This document shows, piece by piece, positions 25,585-35,440 of a stretch of DNA of 64,000 nucleotides. The position numbers were made by a program, and so were the translations under genes. How positions within the stretch are numbered: the first letter of the stretch is position 1; each line of letters starts with the position of its first letter. The notes beneath the pieces are model-generated. The model was not told the origin of the DNA. It did not search any database and saw only the letters and a list, made by a program, of their open reading frames with translations. Origin of the DNA: a virus; the IMG/VR virus record IMGVR_UViG_3300032249_000480, positions 1 through 64,000 of that record. One strand, written 5' to 3'.

Positions 25585-26137
25585 TTATTTTTTCCAAATT
25601 GTTTTTAATAGAATTCATATATATATCAGAAACTTCAGTATTATCTTTTAATATATTTAATAGCATTATGGATTCTTTTAATCTGCCAATCCACCATGCA
25701 GCAATAGCCTTTTGAAATGTTAATGCATATTTTGCAGGGTAGTCAACATTAATAGGAAGACTCTCATCTTGTTCACCAAACATTAAACCAATTTCTGCAA
25801 AGGTATAAGACTCTTGCCAATTACCAGCACGTTCATGAAACCTTGACATAAGGAAATAACCTTCTGGTCTATTAGGAAGATATTGAATTGCTTGATATAA
25901 ACAGTTAGTTATTGTATTATTTCTATCATTTTGATCTTCAAAGCATATTGATACCCTGAGCAAAGATGAATAGGTAATTAATGGATCTGTAATATATCCA
26001 TATTCCGCTGCTCTTAAATAAAAAGATACAGCAGAAGCAGTTTGCTGTAATTCTTCATATTTTTTAGCAACTTCAAAATTTAAAGACGGGTTAAAAGGAT
26101 CATATGAAAGATCATAAATTAAATTCTCAATTTCCAT
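25571..26137 (-). CDS. TPR-repeat protein
   Basis: A..FYLRAAE and AIQYLPNRPEGY helical repeats. Confidence 0.7.
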   Translation of the reverse strand: MEIENLIYDLSYDPFNPSLNFEVAKKYEELQQTASAVSFYLRAAEYGYITDPLITYSSLLRVSICFEDQNDRNNTITNCLYQAIQYLPNRPEGYFLMSRFHERAGNWQESYTFAEIGLMFGEQDESLPINVDYPAKYALTFQKAIAAWWIGRLKESIMLLNILKDNTEVSDIYMNSIKNNLEKINAPV

Positions 26138-27137
26138 AAGATAATGCCTCCAATATCATATCTTCTACAACTAACTTAGGTGTTCTAAGTACAAATGCAG
26201 CATTATCTTGAAAACCAAAAGATATTAATAGGTCTCCATTATGCACTGCTGCTCCCGCACAAAATTCAATACGAGCATCTAGGAATGAAAATGGTTCTTT
26301 AGATAATCCAACAAGATTAAGTTGATCATCCCAAACACATAGCCTATGTCTGTAAATACCATCCTTTTGTCCAAGGTAATTTTTAAATAAATTTACTTCA
26401 TGTGTAATAGATAAATACATATTACCCCAACGAATTAAGTGTGAACTACCTCTCTGATCTGTTGGAGGAACAATTCCAACCTTATGAGAAACTTGTTCAC
26501 ATCTTGCAGGAAGATCTGGATATGTTCTTACTAGTTCAGAAGGTGCTGTCCATTTAATAAAGTGATATGGTTTATCATTAACTGGTACCCAGTTTTTTTC
26601 ACAATAAGATTTGTTATCACCTGGAGCAGGAATTCTAATACGAGAGATTTCTTTAATCTCCCACTTTTCTTTATCTATTGATATTTCAGATAATTCCATT
26701 CTTCCTTCACCATGGGCAGTTGTATCTCTACGAACTCCAACGGCATAATATTTATCTTCCCACTGAACAAGGCGACAATCTTCTTCCCCAATAAATTCCC
26801 ACAATGGATCTACATCTAAAAGCGATGTATCAATAACAGAATAGTTTGTCATATTTAGATCACTATCTAGTTTACATATATAATTTGTTGTTCTTAAATT
26901 ACGATCTTTTTCTGGATGAAGATATGACAAAGGACCCCATTTTGACGGGAACATTTGATTATTTTCAGAATGATATAGGGTGTAGTTGACATGACGAAGA
27001 TTTACTAAGATATCTCCATCACTATCAACAAATACGGAAGGATTCATTAACCCAGTTCCGCTAGTAAGTCCTTTTGATATTACCAATGGGGCTAATTTGC
27101 CTCCATGTTTTACAGATTTTTGAACCAGGTTTTCCAT
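26127..27137 (-). CDS. five-bladed beta-propeller carbohydrate-active enzyme (GH130/GH43-clan-like)
   Basis: MNPS, EDCRL, EKNWVP, IEFCAG, ISFGFQD. Confidence 0.7.
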   Translation of the reverse strand: MENLVQKSVKHGGKLAPLVISKGLTSGTGLMNPSVFVDSDGDILVNLRHVNYTLYHSENNQMFPSKWGPLSYLHPEKDRNLRTTNYICKLDSDLNMTNYSVIDTSLLDVDPLWEFIGEEDCRLVQWEDKYYAVGVRRDTTAHGEGRMELSEISIDKEKWEIKEISRIRIPAPGDNKSYCEKNWVPVNDKPYHFIKWTAPSELVRTYPDLPARCEQVSHKVGIVPPTDQRGSSHLIRWGNMYLSITHEVNLFKNYLGQKDGIYRHRLCVWDDQLNLVGLSKEPFSFLDARIEFCAGAAVHNGDLLISFGFQDNAAFVLRTPKLVVEDMILEALSYGN

Positions 27138-27221
27138 CTTTTTAGTATACCATTTAAGAGAAAGTTTCGCAATTTTGAGCGGGTATTAAATGGTATAATA
27201 CTTTGAGGAGGATTATTCTTA

Positions 27222-28193
27222 ATGTCAGAAAATATTGGAAGTGCTATTACTGGTCTAACGACTTTTAATGTCAATACTCTAATTCCATCTCTTTCAGATA
27301 ATGCTGATATTCAAGAAGCCCTCAGACTTTATCATTACGGTGCTCCATCTGGAAGCGGTATTGGACAATACAGTTTATCAAATACAAACCCAGCAAATCT
27401 TAAAAATCCATCAATTGCTCATGCACTATATACTTTACAATCAGAAATAGATTCGCTAGTCTTGGGAGTTCCAGCATCTCTTTGGACAGGAAAAGGTGCT
27501 CTTGTTACAGCAACATCTTCAGGAACAACATCTACAATTTCAGTAGGAGCAAATGGAACTGTTTTAACTGCTAACTCTGCAAATGGTAACGGTCTTGTTT
27601 GGTCAGTTCCAGAAGTTACAGCCGCTGGTTCTGAAACATTATTAAATAAAACTCTTATTGGTCCAACAGTTTCTTCTCTTGCTTTGTCAGATTCCTCAAT
27701 AATTTTTGAAGGATCAACTGCAGATATATATGAAACTACATTAACAGTAGTCAATCCAACAGCAGATAGAACTATTACACTTCCAAATGTTGACGGTACT
27801 GTTATTACCACTGGTAATCTTTCTTCAATAACTTCTGTTGGAACTTTAACATCTCTTGCTGTAACTGGTAATGCTGTTAGTCATATTGCACTTAATACAA
27901 CTCCTACTGGAGCATATACAGTTGTTCTTGCTGATGATGGAAAAATTGTTGAAATACCTGCAGCAGGAGCAGTTACAATTCCTTCAGATGCTACAACAAA
28001 TTTTCCTGTCGGAACTCAAATTACAATTTTGCAAACAACCTCTGGACAAGTAACAGTTGTTGGCGCAACAAGCCCAAATGCAGTAACTATTAATGCAACA
28101 CCAGGATTAAAACTTCGTACTCAGTGGTCATCTTGCACTGTTATAAAGCGTAATACAAATCTTTGGGTAGCCCTAGGAGACTTAACAGCATGA
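27222..28193 (+). CDS. tail fibre protein
   Basis: ADIQEALRLYHYG N-terminus, TADRTITLP repeats, C-terminal ...WVALGDL domain. Confidence 0.75.
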   Translation: MSENIGSAITGLTTFNVNTLIPSLSDNADIQEALRLYHYGAPSGSGIGQYSLSNTNPANLKNPSIAHALYTLQSEIDSLVLGVPASLWTGKGALVTATSSGTTSTISVGANGTVLTANSANGNGLVWSVPEVTAAGSETLLNKTLIGPTVSSLALSDSSIIFEGSTADIYETTLTVVNPTADRTITLPNVDGTVITTGNLSSITSVGTLTSLAVTGNAVSHIALNTTPTGAYTVVLADDGKIVEIPAAGAVTIPSDATTNFPVGTQITILQTTSGQVTVVGATSPNAVTINATPGLKLRTQWSSCTVIKRNTNLWVALGDLTA

Positions 28194-29320
28194 GTCCTTT
28201 AATACCAGGAATTTTTTCTTCTGGTGGACAACAACCAGGTACTCCAACAATTGGAACAGCAACTGCTGGAAATGGTCAATGCACTATTACTTTTACTGCT
28301 CCAGCATATTTAGGAAAAATTCCAGGAACAACATACAGAACATTTACACAGCCAGTAACAATAAGAAGTACAACAGGAACTATAGGAACTGTAACTCAGT
28401 CAGGATCAATGTTCTTTGCAACAATTACTGGACTGTCATCAATTACAAATCTTTTTCGTAATCAAGTAATTTCAGCAACCAATGGAACTGGAAGCCTTGG
28501 TGCTGGAGTAGTTACAATTTCATCAATTATATCATCAACATCTATAATCGTTCAATCAACTGCATCAATGACACAAGGAACAATTACTAATATTTTAGGT
28601 GGAATTTTTGCAACTGGTTCAGTATCACCAATAATAGTAACTGGATTATCAAATGGAACATCATATACTTTTAGAGTTTTATTAAGTAATGAAATAGCAA
28701 CATCGGTGGCAAGTGAAGAAAGCAATAGCACCACTCCATTTCAACCATTTGGATTTACCCCATTTGGATTTTCACCACCACCAGTATTTTCATTTTCACC
28801 ACCTGGAGGGGGCTTTAGTCCTGGTCCAGGATATAGTTTTACTGCACCATGGTCCAACTCAATTGATGTACAAACAAAAGTTAGAACACCAGATGGTTTA
28901 AAGTATGCTGGAGAAATTCAAGTAGGAGATGTGCTTTTAGGTTTAAACATACCATCAGATATAAATGAACAGGAATGGCTTTCTTGGTCATCTGATGCTA
29001 ATAATTTTACTGCAAACATTGCAGAAACAACAGTTACGTCTGTCTTAGTTAATTCAGGATCAGAATATATTTATATAGATGGAGACTTATTTACACCAAC
29101 TCACTATATTTTAACAAAAAAGAATAATATTATTGAATATACAAAAGCAGACTCAATAGATACAACTTATCAAAAATATTCTTATGAAATGAATGATTTC
29201 GTAGATATTGAAATTGTTGAAGATATTGCTGTTGATAATAATAATATTTCAATTCACTGTGAACCTCATGACAACTTCTTTACTGAGCAAATGCTGGTGC
29301 TTGAATCTTTACCACACTAG
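28190..29320 (+). CDS. FN3 + Pro/Phe-rich repeat + C-terminal Hint-domain protein
   Basis: PGTPTIGTATAG / TGLSNGTSYTFRV (FN3); SIDVQTKVRTPDG..IQVGD, TPTH and HCEPHDNFF (Hint blocks). Confidence 0.75.
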   Translation: MSPLIPGIFSSGGQQPGTPTIGTATAGNGQCTITFTAPAYLGKIPGTTYRTFTQPVTIRSTTGTIGTVTQSGSMFFATITGLSSITNLFRNQVISATNGTGSLGAGVVTISSIISSTSIIVQSTASMTQGTITNILGGIFATGSVSPIIVTGLSNGTSYTFRVLLSNEIATSVASEESNSTTPFQPFGFTPFGFSPPPVFSFSPPGGGFSPGPGYSFTAPWSNSIDVQTKVRTPDGLKYAGEIQVGDVLLGLNIPSDINEQEWLSWSSDANNFTANIAETTVTSVLVNSGSEYIYIDGDLFTPTHYILTKKNNIIEYTKADSIDTTYQKYSYEMNDFVDIEIVEDIAVDNNNISIHCEPHDNFFTEQMLVLESLPH

Positions 29321-29355
29321 TTTATGGTATTATGGTATAGAAACAAGGTGGTAAA

Positions 29356-30114
29356 ATGAATAATATAGAAGATAAAGATAATATTGATGACAATGGTAAT
29401 ATAATTGAATTTATATCATCATTTCCTAAAATGGTCAGTGTATTCCCAGAACCAGAACCATCTTTAAAAAATGTGCCACAATGGTATAAAGAGCAGTTGT
29501 CATATTTTAATAATGACAAAACTCCAGAAAATGGATTTCAAAATATAACAGTTAAAAAATGTATGGCTATATCAGATGTATTACTAATGGGTTATATTTT
29601 AAAAGCACCTTGCGATGTTTATATAGATACAACAGATGGAACAACACTAAAATATGATATTCCTGGCAACTTACCATTTTCAAAACCAATGTTTGGTGGA
29701 CATGCACAATTACAATACGATAAAATGCCAATTGATAAAGATTTTTACGTAAGAGACTTATTAAGATTAAACATGGTTTGGCTAGTAAAAACAAAACCAG
29801 GATATAGTTGTTTATTTATTAATCCAATGTTAGGAGATGAGTCGCCACTTATGTCTGTTCCAGGAGTAATAGATACTGATGAATTTTTAGATACTGGTTT
29901 ATTTTCATTTTTTGTAAAAAAGAATTATAAAGGAATTATTAAAAAAGGAACTCCTTTAATTCAAGTAATACCATTTAAAAGAGAAGAATTTAATCATAGT
30001 ATTGTAAAAGATTTAGACATTACAAATAAATTAAAGGAACAAGATTTAAACATAAGAACAAATTATAGTTCTGGCTATAAAAATTTATTTTGGAAAGCAA
30101 AAAAATACAAGTGA
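29356..30114 (+). CDS. DUF6065-like protein
   Basis: PQWYK, TVKKCM..D, PGYS, GVIDTD, KGTPLIQVIPFKRE. Confidence 0.6.
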   Translation: MNNIEDKDNIDDNGNIIEFISSFPKMVSVFPEPEPSLKNVPQWYKEQLSYFNNDKTPENGFQNITVKKCMAISDVLLMGYILKAPCDVYIDTTDGTTLKYDIPGNLPFSKPMFGGHAQLQYDKMPIDKDFYVRDLLRLNMVWLVKTKPGYSCLFINPMLGDESPLMSVPGVIDTDEFLDTGLFSFFVKKNYKGIIKKGTPLIQVIPFKREEFNHSIVKDLDITNKLKEQDLNIRTNYSSGYKNLFWKAKKYK

Positions 30115-30683
30115 AAAATATAATAATAGATAATCTATTAACAAAAGATAGTATCGCACTAATAAAAAAAATAATTAATTCAGAACTAGAACGAAAAGAT
30201 ATTTGGGCTAAGTCATATACAGATTATTGTTTAAACGGAAAAGAACAGTTTTTAAAACAAAAAGATGACACTATAGCAATTAGTAGGTCAGATTTTGCAA
30301 GAATTGACTTGCGTAATTTAAAAATCCCAAAAGAAATTATTAATGAGATATCTGAAAAACTAGTAGAAAATAATTTTTTAAAATACAAGTACTGTGGATC
30401 TTCAACAGCATGGTTATATAATAAAAACTTAGGAAATCCAAAATTAACAGATCACATAGATCATACGGAGGACGAAAATACAATCATGGTTGATTATCAA
30501 TTAGACTCAAATACAGATTGGGCAATATCTGTTGAAAATAAAAACTATATACTATCAAACAATCAGGCGCTCATATTCTGTGGGAAAAAACAAAAACATT
30601 CCAGACCATTTAAAAAGTTTAATGACGGTGAATTTGTAACAAACATAGTTTTTAGATTTAATATAAATGAAAACATATACTAA
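30111..30683 (+). CDS. 2OG-Fe(II) oxygenase
   Basis: HID...YQL...H.R facial-triad pattern. Confidence 0.7.
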   Translation: MKNIIIDNLLTKDSIALIKKIINSELERKDIWAKSYTDYCLNGKEQFLKQKDDTIAISRSDFARIDLRNLKIPKEIINEISEKLVENNFLKYKYCGSSTAWLYNKNLGNPKLTDHIDHTEDENTIMVDYQLDSNTDWAISVENKNYILSNNQALIFCGKKQKHSRPFKKFNDGEFVTNIVFRFNINENIY

Positions 30684-30685
30684 CA

Positions 30686-31336
30686 ATGTCTTCGTTATTT
30701 GAAAATAATAAAAGGCTTGGATCCAAGTATTGGATAAATTCTGAAGAAAAAAATTTTAGTCAGTTAGTTCAAGAATCAAAAATGATTCAAGAATTTTCAG
30801 ATAGTTCTATTTTAAAAAAAAAGAATTATGAGGAAAAGTTAATAGTTCCAGTAAACCCATATGTTGAATATTTTTATCCAAAACCAAAACTTATAGAAAC
30901 GGAAACTGGAATAATTCTTAGACAAAAAACACATGCAGAAATATGGGTTGAGTATAAAAATGATTCTTTGTATATGTTAGATAAATGTTGGCAAAGGCAG
31001 TTTTATCCATCAAAAAATACATATGATAATTTAAATAATCAGCCACTGTATAGATTTTACGTACCATGGACAATAGAGTCTGAAAATAGTTTTGAGGTAA
31101 AATCAGTAAGCCCTGTTTTTAATATTTATACAAAATCAATAACATTTTTTAAAAGAAACTTTAACGATAATTTTATCAATACTCCATTTATTGATTTTTC
31201 AATAAAAAAACAAGGAAAACACATGAAAACAGAAAAATATGGTATAGTTGATATTGGAACAGACATGTACGATATAGTTATTGATAACTCCAATATTGCA
31301 GAAAGGATTGTAGAGGAATATGGAAAAGATATTTAA
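30686..31336 (+). CDS. hypothetical protein in modification cluster
   Basis: ORF track. Confidence 0.6.
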   Translation: MSSLFENNKRLGSKYWINSEEKNFSQLVQESKMIQEFSDSSILKKKNYEEKLIVPVNPYVEYFYPKPKLIETETGIILRQKTHAEIWVEYKNDSLYMLDKCWQRQFYPSKNTYDNLNNQPLYRFYVPWTIESENSFEVKSVSPVFNIYTKSITFFKRNFNDNFINTPFIDFSIKKQGKHMKTEKYGIVDIGTDMYDIVIDNSNIAERIVEEYGKDI

Positions 31337-32051
31337 ATTTATTCCAACTGATTCAAATAAAACAAAAAACATTGATGCTATTATTCCAACAAAATCTACA
31401 TCTGTTATTCCAGAGTGGTATAAAGATTTGGCTGGTTATCACCATGGAACTAGTCATAGTTTAGAATATTTAAATCCAATTAATGATCGTGGTTCCGATG
31501 GATCAGACGTATCAACCAAACTATGTTTACCTTTTATGGATGCAATGACATCTGGCTATATGTATCTTCTTGAAGATGATGTTGATGTTACACTTGATGA
31601 AAATGGAAAGCCAACAGTTTCATGGAACAATTTTTCAAATGTAATGGATATTCGTCCACAGGTAGATATGGCAATACCAGAAGAATGTCATCCTATACAA
31701 TTTGGGGTTAAAATGAACTGGTATTGGGAAACTCCTAAAAACTATTCAACGCTAATTACGCATCCATTTAATAGACCAGATCTACCATTTTATGTTCCAT
31801 CTGCAATTGTTGATTCTGACATTTGGGCTTTACCAGCATTTATTCCATTTTTTATTAAAAGAAATTTTATAGGAAAAATAAAGCGTGGAACACCAATATT
31901 TCAAATGACACCAATTAAAAGAGAAAACTGGAGTTTAGAAATTGATTCATCAGAAGAGTCAATACTTAAGCACAAAATTCTTGAAGAAAAAAGAAGGTCT
32001 CATATTACAGCACATTACAAAAAAACTACTTGGCAAAGGAAAAGATACTAA
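31320..32051 (+). CDS. DUF6065-like protein (paralog of 29356..30114)
   Basis: PEWYK, KLCLPFMD, THPFNR, RGTPIFQMTPIKRE. Confidence 0.6.
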   Translation: MEKIFKFIPTDSNKTKNIDAIIPTKSTSVIPEWYKDLAGYHHGTSHSLEYLNPINDRGSDGSDVSTKLCLPFMDAMTSGYMYLLEDDVDVTLDENGKPTVSWNNFSNVMDIRPQVDMAIPEECHPIQFGVKMNWYWETPKNYSTLITHPFNRPDLPFYVPSAIVDSDIWALPAFIPFFIKRNFIGKIKRGTPIFQMTPIKRENWSLEIDSSEESILKHKILEEKRRSHITAHYKKTTWQRKRY

Positions 32052-32053
32052 AA

Positions 32054-32713
32054 ATGAATAATGTTATAGATAATAATAAAATAGTTTATGATAAATCACA
32101 TAAATTTTTTGAAAGAATTTTAGATATAGACACAAATAACTTAGCGTCTTATTTAATTGCACAATATGAAAGCATTAAAAATTTAACATTACCAGGAATT
32201 ACTCAAATCAATAGACAAGATGTTTGGCAAGAGTCTGGAAGTCTATCTACAATAAAATGGAGAGAGTATAATGTATTTCAATTTTTAAATTCAGATATGT
32301 ATAAATTGTATAAGACAATTTCAGAAGTTACAAAAGAAGCCTGTGAATATTATGGTGTTGATTTTGAAAAACAAGAATATGTAATGCAAGGCTGGTTTAA
32401 TATTAATTATACAAAGTCTGGAAAGTTAGACTGGCATGATCATGGTATTCCTTATGCTCCAAATTTTCACGGGTATTATTGTGTAAAAGCAGAACCATCA
32501 ACTACACATTATAGATTATTTAATGATATAAACCAAGAAATTGAAAATAAAAATATTGATAATAGAATGATCCTTTCTGAAATGGGGCATCCGCATGCTC
32601 AGGCAGATTGGGACTGGGAAGGCCCAAGAATTACAATTGCTTATGATGTTGTTCCTTTAAAATACTTAATGGGCACAAAGACATCTGAGCAGCATTGGAT
32701 TCCACTTATATGA
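32054..32713 (+). CDS. 2OG-Fe(II) oxygenase (TIGR02466-like)
   Basis: WFNIN, WHDH, GYY, H...RITIAYD. Confidence 0.75.
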   Translation: MNNVIDNNKIVYDKSHKFFERILDIDTNNLASYLIAQYESIKNLTLPGITQINRQDVWQESGSLSTIKWREYNVFQFLNSDMYKLYKTISEVTKEACEYYGVDFEKQEYVMQGWFNINYTKSGKLDWHDHGIPYAPNFHGYYCVKAEPSTTHYRLFNDINQEIENKNIDNRMILSEMGHPHAQADWDWEGPRITIAYDVVPLKYLMGTKTSEQHWIPLI

Positions 32714-33525
32714 TAAAGATTAAAGTTTTTATACATTCTTATAAAAATAAAAATTTATTAGATTTTTGTGAAAACTTACAAAAAAATGCTTTTCATGAAG
32801 TTGCAATTGATGTTTATGATCAAAACACTATTGATAGGTCAGAAGCGTTTTACAATAAAAAAAATATAAACTATAAACACATATTATGGGATGATAGAAA
32901 AGGAATTTCATACTATAGAATGTTGAGTTTGCATGGAAGGTTTGACTATTTTTTATCAATATCTGATTTAACAATTTTTAAATCTGGGTGGGACTTAGAG
33001 TTAATAAAAGAATGTACAGATATGAATATAGTATCTGGCAAGAACTTGATATCTTTAAAGATAGATAATTTTTTTATTTTACAAGAAAGCGAAATATCTG
33101 AAAAAGTTTCTGAATCTCAATGGATAAATAAAGATTTTATATTTTTAAAAATGTCAAATGCTGTTTTGTTGTCTAAGTCTAAATTTTTAAAAAAATATGG
33201 TGAAAGTTTGTTTTTTTCAATATTGTTTTCAGAACTTAATTTTAAAATAAAAAGCATGTACAATTCCTTCTATGATAAAGAAATTGAAGAAGAAAAATAT
33301 TTGCCATATTCAAAATATCACGGATATAATAAGTTAATATCAATGATAAAAAATAAAGAAATTAAATATAAAAAGTTTGAAGAATATCATAAACTTGATT
33401 TATTAAAGTTAAATCTTTTGCCATTTGAAACTGATGATGTTTCATATTACAAGCCAATTTTTAATATAGACTTTGAAGAAGAAACTAGATTTCATCGCAA
33501 TATAAAAAAAATAGAGATTGTGTAG
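32710..33525 (+). CDS. GT60-like (hydroxyproline GlcNAc transferase-like) glycosyltransferase, possibly degenerate
   Basis: VFIHSYKN, DQN, KG...R, DYFLSISD..F..GWD..LI; canonical DSH appears as SDL. Confidence 0.55.
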   Translation: MIKIKVFIHSYKNKNLLDFCENLQKNAFHEVAIDVYDQNTIDRSEAFYNKKNINYKHILWDDRKGISYYRMLSLHGRFDYFLSISDLTIFKSGWDLELIKECTDMNIVSGKNLISLKIDNFFILQESEISEKVSESQWINKDFIFLKMSNAVLLSKSKFLKKYGESLFFSILFSELNFKIKSMYNSFYDKEIEEEKYLPYSKYHGYNKLISMIKNKEIKYKKFEEYHKLDLLKLNLLPFETDDVSYYKPIFNIDFEEETRFHRNIKKIEIV

Positions 33526-33528
33526 GAT

Positions 33529-34128
33529 GTGATGATGCATAGAATTACTATAGTAGATAATTTTATAGAAAAAGAAGATGCAGAAATATTAATTAGTGAA
33601 CAAAAAAATCCATCTGATATAAATCCATATCCAGAATATTATAAGAAAAGATATGGAGGAACTGCTTTCCCATATAACAATACTGTTATGAATATATTAA
33701 AAAAATATTCTATTAGTGCAAATCAAAAACATAAAGAGTTGAATGGTTTTATTAATCCAATATATACTTTTAAGGCTTTTGGATCTCACTGGCAAGCAGG
33801 AACAAAGGGAGATTTGCATTTAGATGCACAGGGACCAGAACCTTGGATTGAGTTTAGTACTATAATCTATTTGAATGATTCATCAGAATACAGTGGTGGT
33901 AAAATATATTTTCCAAATCAAAACTTTATGTATCAACCAAAAGCATATTCAGCAGTATTTTTTCCAAGTGCTGGATCAGAATATATTCACGGTATAACTG
34001 AAGTTACAAGTGGACACAGACACACTGCTTTATATATGCATACGAGTATTCCAGATAATGCAGATCCAGACTTTCTTGAAGAAAATACAATGCTAAGATG
34101 GGAAGCACAATATCATGGATTTAAATGA
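33529..34128 (+). CDS. prolyl-4-hydroxylase-like 2OG-Fe(II) oxygenase
   Basis: HLD, IIYLND, GGKIYFP, HGITEVTSGHR. Confidence 0.85.
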   Translation: MMMHRITIVDNFIEKEDAEILISEQKNPSDINPYPEYYKKRYGGTAFPYNNTVMNILKKYSISANQKHKELNGFINPIYTFKAFGSHWQAGTKGDLHLDAQGPEPWIEFSTIIYLNDSSEYSGGKIYFPNQNFMYQPKAYSAVFFPSAGSEYIHGITEVTSGHRHTALYMHTSIPDNADPDFLEENTMLRWEAQYHGFK

Positions 34129-34789
34129 AATTGATTTTGAAATTTTAGATTTAGGACTTGTTTATTATAAAAATATAATAAAAAACCCACAACAATTAAT
34201 ACTAGATATTGAGTCATTAGATAAAAGTTTCAATGAGTCAAAAATTTCTTTCTCTGAAACTTCTGTAAGGCCATGGACTCCTTGGAAAAATGAAAGTGGA
34301 AATAAAGAAACATTTTGTTTACAAAAACTTATACCACAAGTAAAAGATATACAAGAAAGCGATATTTATAAAAATGAACAAATAAATATCTCTTCTCAAC
34401 TATTTGGCGCATTAGAAAATACTTTAAAACATTACTCAACAAAAATATATCCCTGGGCAGAAAAAAATATTAAATCAAGAGAGCAAAATATGCATTTATT
34501 AAGATATGATTATTCTGGATATTTACCAGCACATCAAGATCAAGGTATTAGTACTAGAGTTTTGTCTGTTTTACTTTATTTGAACGATGATTATGAAGGT
34601 GGAGAGATAGAGTTTAGGCACTCAGAAGTTAAGATTAAGCCAGAACCAGGAAGTGTATTATTTTTTCCATCCAATTTTTTATATATTCATGAAGTTCATC
34701 CAGTAACAAAAGGCCCTAGGTATGCTTTGCCAAATTGGTATCATAATGTACAATTAGATTTTCTGAAGCGGTCAACTGGGCAAGAATAG
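34115..34789 (+). CDS. prolyl-4-hydroxylase-like 2OG-Fe(II) oxygenase
   Basis: HQD, LLYLNDDYEGGEIEF, HEVHPVTKGPRY. Confidence 0.9.
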   Translation: MDLNEIDFEILDLGLVYYKNIIKNPQQLILDIESLDKSFNESKISFSETSVRPWTPWKNESGNKETFCLQKLIPQVKDIQESDIYKNEQINISSQLFGALENTLKHYSTKIYPWAEKNIKSREQNMHLLRYDYSGYLPAHQDQGISTRVLSVLLYLNDDYEGGEIEFRHSEVKIKPEPGSVLFFPSNFLYIHEVHPVTKGPRYALPNWYHNVQLDFLKRSTGQE

Positions 34790-34812
34790 AATATAAATAA
34801 GAAAGGGAAAAC

Positions 34813-35439
34813 GTGAGCAATTTAAATAAAAGAGAAGACTATATTATAGAAGATGATAATTTTTTAACTTTGCAAGATCAACAAAATTTTGTTAATAAAA
34901 TTTTTATGAATAATGGACATAATGAAAATCCAGTAGCCAAATGGAGAGTTACAAACGGAACAGAAATTATTAAAAATTTAGAAGAAGGAACTTTTCCATA
35001 CAGAGACACTCCTTTAGCCTTTAATAATGAAAAATCAAAACCATTTTTTATGGTTTTAGGTGATTTAGAATTAGAAGACTTTAAAGATATTTTTGATAAA
35101 TTTTGTAATAAACATAATATAAAATATGACAAAATTTTAAGATCAAGAATTGCAATTACTGGAATGAACAACGATGATTATATGCATTATGCACATGTAG
35201 ATACCATAATTAAACATGATGTGTTTTTATATTATCTACATGATGTAGACGGAGATACAGTGTTTTATGATAAGTGGCTTGGGGATTCAATGGAAGATCC
35301 TAAGATTATAAAAAGAGTGTCTCCCAAAGGTGGAAAGGCTATAAGGTTTGACGGACACCAGTTTCACTCAAACTATACAACTAATCTAAAACAATTTCGT
35401 TGTGTTTTGAATGTATGTTACACCTTAAAAAAAGATTAA
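34813..35439 (+). CDS. 2OG-Fe(II) oxygenase
   Basis: HVD, LYYLHDVDGDT, FDG..FH, R.VLN. Confidence 0.8.
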   Translation: MSNLNKREDYIIEDDNFLTLQDQQNFVNKIFMNNGHNENPVAKWRVTNGTEIIKNLEEGTFPYRDTPLAFNNEKSKPFFMVLGDLELEDFKDIFDKFCNKHNIKYDKILRSRIAITGMNNDDYMHYAHVDTIIKHDVFLYYLHDVDGDTVFYDKWLGDSMEDPKIIKRVSPKGGKAIRFDGHQFHSNYTTNLKQFRCVLNVCYTLKKD

Positions 35440-35440
35440 A

